A stretch of 64,000 nt of DNA, from assembly GCA_004431415.1 (NCBI GenBank), contig QPMI01000113.1, positions 248,001 to 312,000 of the forward strand. Reading direction: 5' to 3'. The notes beneath the pieces are model-generated. The model ran no database searches. It worked only from the letters and a program-made list of their open reading frames with translations, and was not told the origin of the DNA. The stretch is from Cyanophora paradoxa CCMP329. Its lineage: Eukaryota; Plantae; Glaucophyta. This document shows, piece after piece, positions 58,753 to 64,000 of this stretch (the stretch's first letter is position 1; the number at the start of each line of letters is the position of its first letter). Both the position numbers and the translations under genes were made by a program.

Positions 58753-59628
58753 CTCCTCGACGCTGTACCGCCGGGCCGCCAGGGCTCCCGAGCTCCCCAA
58801 AGCGTTCACTCGGGTGTTCGCGGGCCGCGAGGCGCCACCATGCACTTCTCCAGCGCCGCTGCTGCTGGGCGATCGTAGCTCTTTGCCAAGGCCTTGATGT
58901 TGATCGGCGTTTTCACTGAGGCACCCTCGCAAGCCGCGCCCGCCGGCGACGTGGTACGCCGCACGCGGTAGTGATCTAGATCTCGGGACTCCGATGTCGA
59001 TGGTCAGGACTCCGGAGCGTTACGTGTACTCGGGCGCCGGCGGCGCTCGCGGTCCGCGGCCGGGAGTCCCGGCCCCCGGGCCTAGCGCTAGCTCTGCTCT
59101 AGCCTCGAGCTCTAGATCTAGATTCTAGATCTGCGCATGCTCAGTGCTGCCAGCCGCTGATCGTCATGATCGATGAGCAGGCTGCGCATGCGCAGCTGCT
59201 GCAGCAACTCGGAGCGGTCTGGGGACTCTGGGCTGTCCGGGGGATACCGCATACCGGTACATACGAAACAACACGTGCACGATCGGCAACGTCGACGTGC
59301 AGACTGAATCGGCCCGCGATCGAATTAATATTAATCTCGATCCGGATTCCGGAACCATATGCATATGCATATCATACTAAGTAGTATGCAACTTGCAACT
59401 TGCAATTGCCAACTTAAGCTTATGCCAAGTTGACTAGTAATTAATTCGATATCGAATTTAAGTTCGATTATTTTTTATTTTTTTGGTGAATTACCGCCGG
59501 CCGATTACAGCGCTAGCCTCTATACATATAGCTATATATATCTAGTCTACTCAGTTCGATTATATATTTTGCAAAAAATGCCGCGGAAATTTACTGCCCG
59601 ACGGTAGCTATAGGGCTAGTATAGGCTA

Positions 59629-60258
59629 CCGTAGAACACATAAATACCGCGCCCACTTAATTACCGCGGTACCAAATTACCGCGCCGAGAATTTGTATAA
59701 ACGCGGTAATTTGGTACCGCGGTATTTTGCTGCTGAGAAGTCGCCCCGGGCGGAGTTGAACCCGTGCGCCCTCCAGCCTTCGCGCGGGAACAGCGAGCGC
59801 TAGCGACGATGGGGCGGCCGAAGGGCGTAGGCAAGAACCTGTTCGGCGGAGAGGCGCCCGCGTCGTCAGCGGAGGCGGAGGCTGCTGCCGAGAGCTCTTC
59901 TGCGGAAGTCCCCGAGAACGAGTCCGATGTCAGCGACGCTGGCCTCAGCGATGCGGGCGAGCTGCCGAGCGACAGCGACGACGAGGACGGCAGCGACGAG
60001 GACGACTTCGGCAACGAGGACGCCTAGACTAGCAGCAGCTAAGTCAGACTTAAGCTTAGGCCTCCGCAGGATTCGAGGAGTGGACGGTCTGGACCCTCAG
60101 CCAGCTCGTAAATTTGTGACACCCCCCCCTAAAATTCCGCCCCATACAAGCCAAAAGTTTTTAAAAACGCGGTAATTTGATACCGCGGTATTTTGCTCTA
60201 TGGCGGGCCGGGTTTTAAAACGCGGTAATTTATGCCGCGGTAATTTAGTGCCCGACGG
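59629..60258 (+). mobile_element. Non-autonomous Tc1/mariner (pogo/Tc2-type) DNA transposon, internally deleted
   Basis: TA|CCGT..ACGG|TA ends; imperfect ~40-bp TIRs (CCGTAGAACACATAAATACCGCG vs CCGTCGGGCACTAAATTACCGCG); many subterminal CGCGGTAATTT motifs; short internal ORF 59808-60027; a second right end at 59578-59606. Confidence 0.7.
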
Positions 60259-60885
60259 TATATTATCTCAGCCTATATACCTATATACGCGGCGGCCTGG
60301 CGGGCCGTCGGCGGCTAGCGAGAAAGAGCTCGAGGCCAAAAAACTTGAAATTCATTTGTACCGGCCGCCATGCATGCACGTGCACATTCCGCAGTACTAC
60401 TAGTAGGCTACTAGGCTACTAGTACTAGCCTACTACTTGGCTAGTACTCGCCTAGTACTCAGTGACTCAGGACAGACTCTGAGAGGGGGGCGGGGGGGAA
60501 GGGGCGAGGAGTGGAGGGTTAGGGGGGGGGGGGCTGGAGGGGGGGAAGGGGGGGGGGGGAGGGAGCTCGAGGGGGTGCCGGGGGCCGGAGAGGGGGGTCG
60601 CATATGCATGGAGGCTCGAATCATATCGATATATACATATATATATATATCACGTATATACGTATACTCATGATATATCGATCATGATCAAAGGCGGATG
60701 GGCGCGCTCTCGGAGGAGGAGCGCGTCGTGCTGCGGCGATTGGAGAGGAGGCCCACGGATTCCTCGCGATCGTGCCTGCGCGTCGGAGCGTCGACGTCGC
60801 GCGGACCGGAGTGCACGTGAGCTCGAGGCCGAAAACTTTCTCGAAACCCTAGCTCCGACGTGCGCGACGGGCGGAGCTCGAGATC

Positions 60886-63741
60886 TTAAGGGGTGGGGTC
60901 GCCGGCCGGGGCGTGCCTGGCGGTTCCGATGGCCACGTCCTGGGGGGCGCGGGCACGCCAGTGAGCAATGCGTATGCCGCGGGGCGTCAGAGGGGGGGGG
61001 GGGGGGGGGGCGGGGCGCACGGAGACGGAGACATCGTCGGGGTGGGTGACGGCGAGGAGGGGCCGGTCGCGGAGCTCGTCGGGGGCGTACCCCAGCAGGC
61101 TGCAGAACGCGTCGTCCACGGCCTGGATCGTCGAGGCGTGCCCTGCGTCGTCCACCCCGATCGAGATGTGGCCCTCCTGCTGACCGGGGTTCTCCTGGTC
61201 CGCCACCGACGCGATGAGCCTCCGCGGCCGCCCCTGCGCGACCCCGCGTCGGGGCAGGGCGGGGCGGCCCCGGGGGGGGCGGGCGGGCGCTCCGCGGCCT
61301 CCGCGCGGGCCGGGGAGAGGGGGGAGACGGGGCTGGGCCGGGGGGCGCACGCTCTCGTCCATCTCGACCTCAGCGTTGACGGTGACGCGCACCACGCGCC
61401 CGTCCTTCCGCACGTACCGCTTCATGTACCTGCGCGGCGCTCGCGATCGGGCGGGACCGGCAGAGGCGGGGGGCGGGGCGGGACCGGCAGGAGCGGTGGT
61501 GGCCGCTGGAGCCGCCGGAGCCGTGGCTCGCATCGGGGTGCCCCTCGACAAGCAGCACGCAGCCGCAGGGGGCCGCCCCCTGCCCGTACGCGTGGAGGTG
61601 CCCCTGGGCGGGCCCCGCCCCGGCGGGGGCCTCCCCGGGGTCCACGCGGAGCTCGAGGGCGCCGGCGGCCTCCGCGGGGTTCCCGAGGCCCTCGGCGGCG
61701 GCCCACTGCTTGAGCTGCACCATGTCGCGGTCGCCCTTGCGGGGGCGCCCGAGCGGCACCGGCGCGTCCTTCGGCTTCGGCTTCGGCTTGCTCCAGTTCA
61801 GCGGGTTCGCCCGCAGGTACCCGCGCCCTGCCGCAGTCCGCCCCCGCGAGCTCGCGCCGGCACCCCGAGCGAGCAGGGGGGGGCGCGAGGCGGCCGCAGG
61901 GCGCCCGCACCGAAGCCGTACCAGAAGAAGAAGTCTGGGGCGAGAAGGTGTGAAGGGCAGGGGGGGTGGGGGGTGGCAGGGGGCGGGGGAGGGCGGATCC
62001 GCACCGACGAGGAAGAGGGCGCCGCAGATGTTGCCGACGGTGGCGAGGGCGATGTTGCGGAGGATCCAGTTCCACGTGATCCCCGCCTCCATCTCGTCCG
62101 CCCCGTACAGCAGCGCCATCGGCAGCATGTACATGTTCGCCACGCTGCCCCGCACCGCACCCCGCCCCCTCGAGCCGGCCCGGGAGGCGCCCGCGGCCGC
62201 CAGCGCTTCGCTCGCACCAGTGCTCGTAGCCGATGGCGGCGAAGGCCATGATGGGGTACCACCTGCGGGCACACCGCCGTCAGCGCCCCCGCCGCCGCCC
62301 GTGGCAAGGGGCCTCGCGCACATGTTGAACCACTTGCCGATGACATCCTCGGCCGCGTAGCTGCGGGGGCAGCGGGCGTGAGGCAGGGGTGGTAGGAGGG
62401 GCCGGGCGGCGGGCCGGGGGCGGGCCTGAGGTAGACGGCGAGGCAGACGAGGGCGTTGCAGCCCATGCCGCGCAGGAAGACCTGATACCACTTCCTGCGC
62501 AAGTTTGACGGCAAGTTTAATTTGACGATGGCGCAATTAATTTCCTGCGCACAGCTTGTACTTCTTGACGGCAAGTTTGACGACGAAGATGTGCCTGCGG
62601 GGCGGGAGGCGGGGGGTCGGGGTCGGGGTTGGGGCGGCGGCAGGGCGCCCTGCGCTGCGCACCAGGGGTCCGAGGCGAAGAGCTCCTGCGCGCAGGCCAC
62701 CCCGCCCCTCTCAGCTCGGCGCGCGACGGGCCGGGCCGGCCGAGGCGCACCGCGTGCCACGCGAGGAAGTAGGCGCAGAAGAGGGCCCCGCAGAAGTTGC
62801 CGAACCACGACTGCGGCCCCGCCGTGAGCGGCCCCGCGCCGGCCCCGCCCGCGGCGCAGCGCGCAGGGCGCACGACGGTCCCTGCGGAGAGGCGGGAGGG
62901 TCAGAGGGCGTGGCGAGAGGGGCGCGGTGCGGGGCGGGGGCGGGGGCGGGGCCGACAGTTCTTGAGGAGGCCGCGGACGGTGCGCCAGCTGAAGCGGTGG
63001 ATGACGTCGATCGCGTCGCACATTCTGATATTCATTTAATTTAAAGGTTGCCGTTCCGTTGGAATAGGACAAAAAGTGCACATGTTGGACGTCAGCAGCT
63101 CGGCCCCCGTGAAGACGACCTGGGGCGGGGGGTGAGGGGCGCCGCCCGGGGTCCTTGGGGCGGGGGCGCGGGGCGGGCGGGGCGGGCCATGAGGAGGCCG
63201 ACGGGGAAGATGGCGCCGTAGAGGAGCTTCTGGATGCCGGGGGAGTCGTAGGAGCCGTCGTGGTTCGGGTGCCCGTCCTCGCAGTACAGGCCCCCCGCCA
63301 CGATCTGCGCCCCCGCCCCCGCCCCCTCGCCTCGGCCCTCGCCGCCCGCCCCGCTCGCCCCCGAGCTCGCGCACGATCGAGGCCGTCGCTCCGAAGCCTG
63401 CGCCCCGCGACCCCGCCGGTCGGTTTGCGTCCGGCGAGGGCGGGCCGCCGCCGGCTCGAACTTACCGACGTACTTTGATCATGAGGGGACAAGTTCGGGG
63501 CGGGGCGCGTCAGCCGCGGCGGACGCGGCGCAGGCGCGCTGGCGGGAAGCGGGCGCTCACCAGGCCGGCCAGGAATGCCTGCGAGCAAGCGCCGAGTCGA
63601 GGGTCGGTCAGGAAGGGGCGACCGCGAGAGATGGGCGCGCAGGGCACAGGACGCGGACCTGAGTAAAGGTTCTGTGCCTGATCGCCGAGTGCAACACACG
63701 TCAGTGACGCAGAGGCGCGTACGCGTGCACGGTAGCACCAT
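60886..63741 (-). CDS. Formate/nitrite transporter (FNT; NAR1/FocA/NirC family) fused to C-terminal PAC/PAS segments
   Basis: FPVGLLMVVFTGAELLTSN, WFGNFCGA, GMGCNALVCLAV, FAAIGYEHCVANM, TVGNICG; then YMKRYVRKDGRVVRVTV and VDDAFCSLLGYAPDELRDRPLLAVTHPDD. Confidence 0.88.
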
Positions 63742-64000
63742 GGCAGATCAAGGTTCTTTCGGGCTCCGGCCGCCTCCAGCGCCGCGTACGCTTCTCCTGG
63801 AGTCTTGTAGCCTCCTCCTGCTCCGTGTGAGCAGCAAGCAAGAGGAGCAGCAAGACGCGTACGGCCACAGTCGGATCCCCGGAAGAGATTCCGGTCCGCG
63901 GCCGCGCCGGCAGGAAAGAAAGCGGCAATGCCGGGCGCCTATGCACTAGCGCGCACGCGCAGCTATGGCACCCGGGGCGCGCTCGGGAGACGTGTACGCA

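Overview
Eukaryotic nuclear DNA, very GC-rich and intron-dense, with introns of about 50-90 bp and frequent GC-AG splice sites. The style is protist/algal (reminiscent of glaucophytes), but the organism cannot be established from the sequence. The window holds about 13 spliced genes: a truncated PMCA-type Ca2+-ATPase, a TM/DUF900-like alpha/beta hydrolase, two membrane-anchored class I cyclic-nucleotide PDEs (one lacking its catalytic core), three EF-hand proteins, a membrane-anchored homologue of Dictyostelium conditioned medium factor, an SDR, a degenerate-looking PFK, an FNT channel fused to PAS/PAC, and three hypothetical genes. It also holds three identical tRNA-Gln(CTG) genes, a MITE, a deleted Tc1/mariner-pogo-type element and a ~5.8 kb tandem duplication. 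The best candidate for an undescribed system is a very young 10.2 kb Ty3/Gypsy element (29491-39661; identical 283-bp LTRs, GTGCC TSD). Its primer-binding site matches a tRNA 3' end with selenocysteine-tRNA geometry (13-bp acceptor+T helix, G discriminator). Its 1.3-kb 3' UTR carries two arrays of covarying RNA structures: four multi-way junctions, and three hairpins displaying a tRNA T-loop mimic complementary to that same PBS. Gene boundaries are hand-derived and approximate; several frameshifts may be long-read homopolymer errors.
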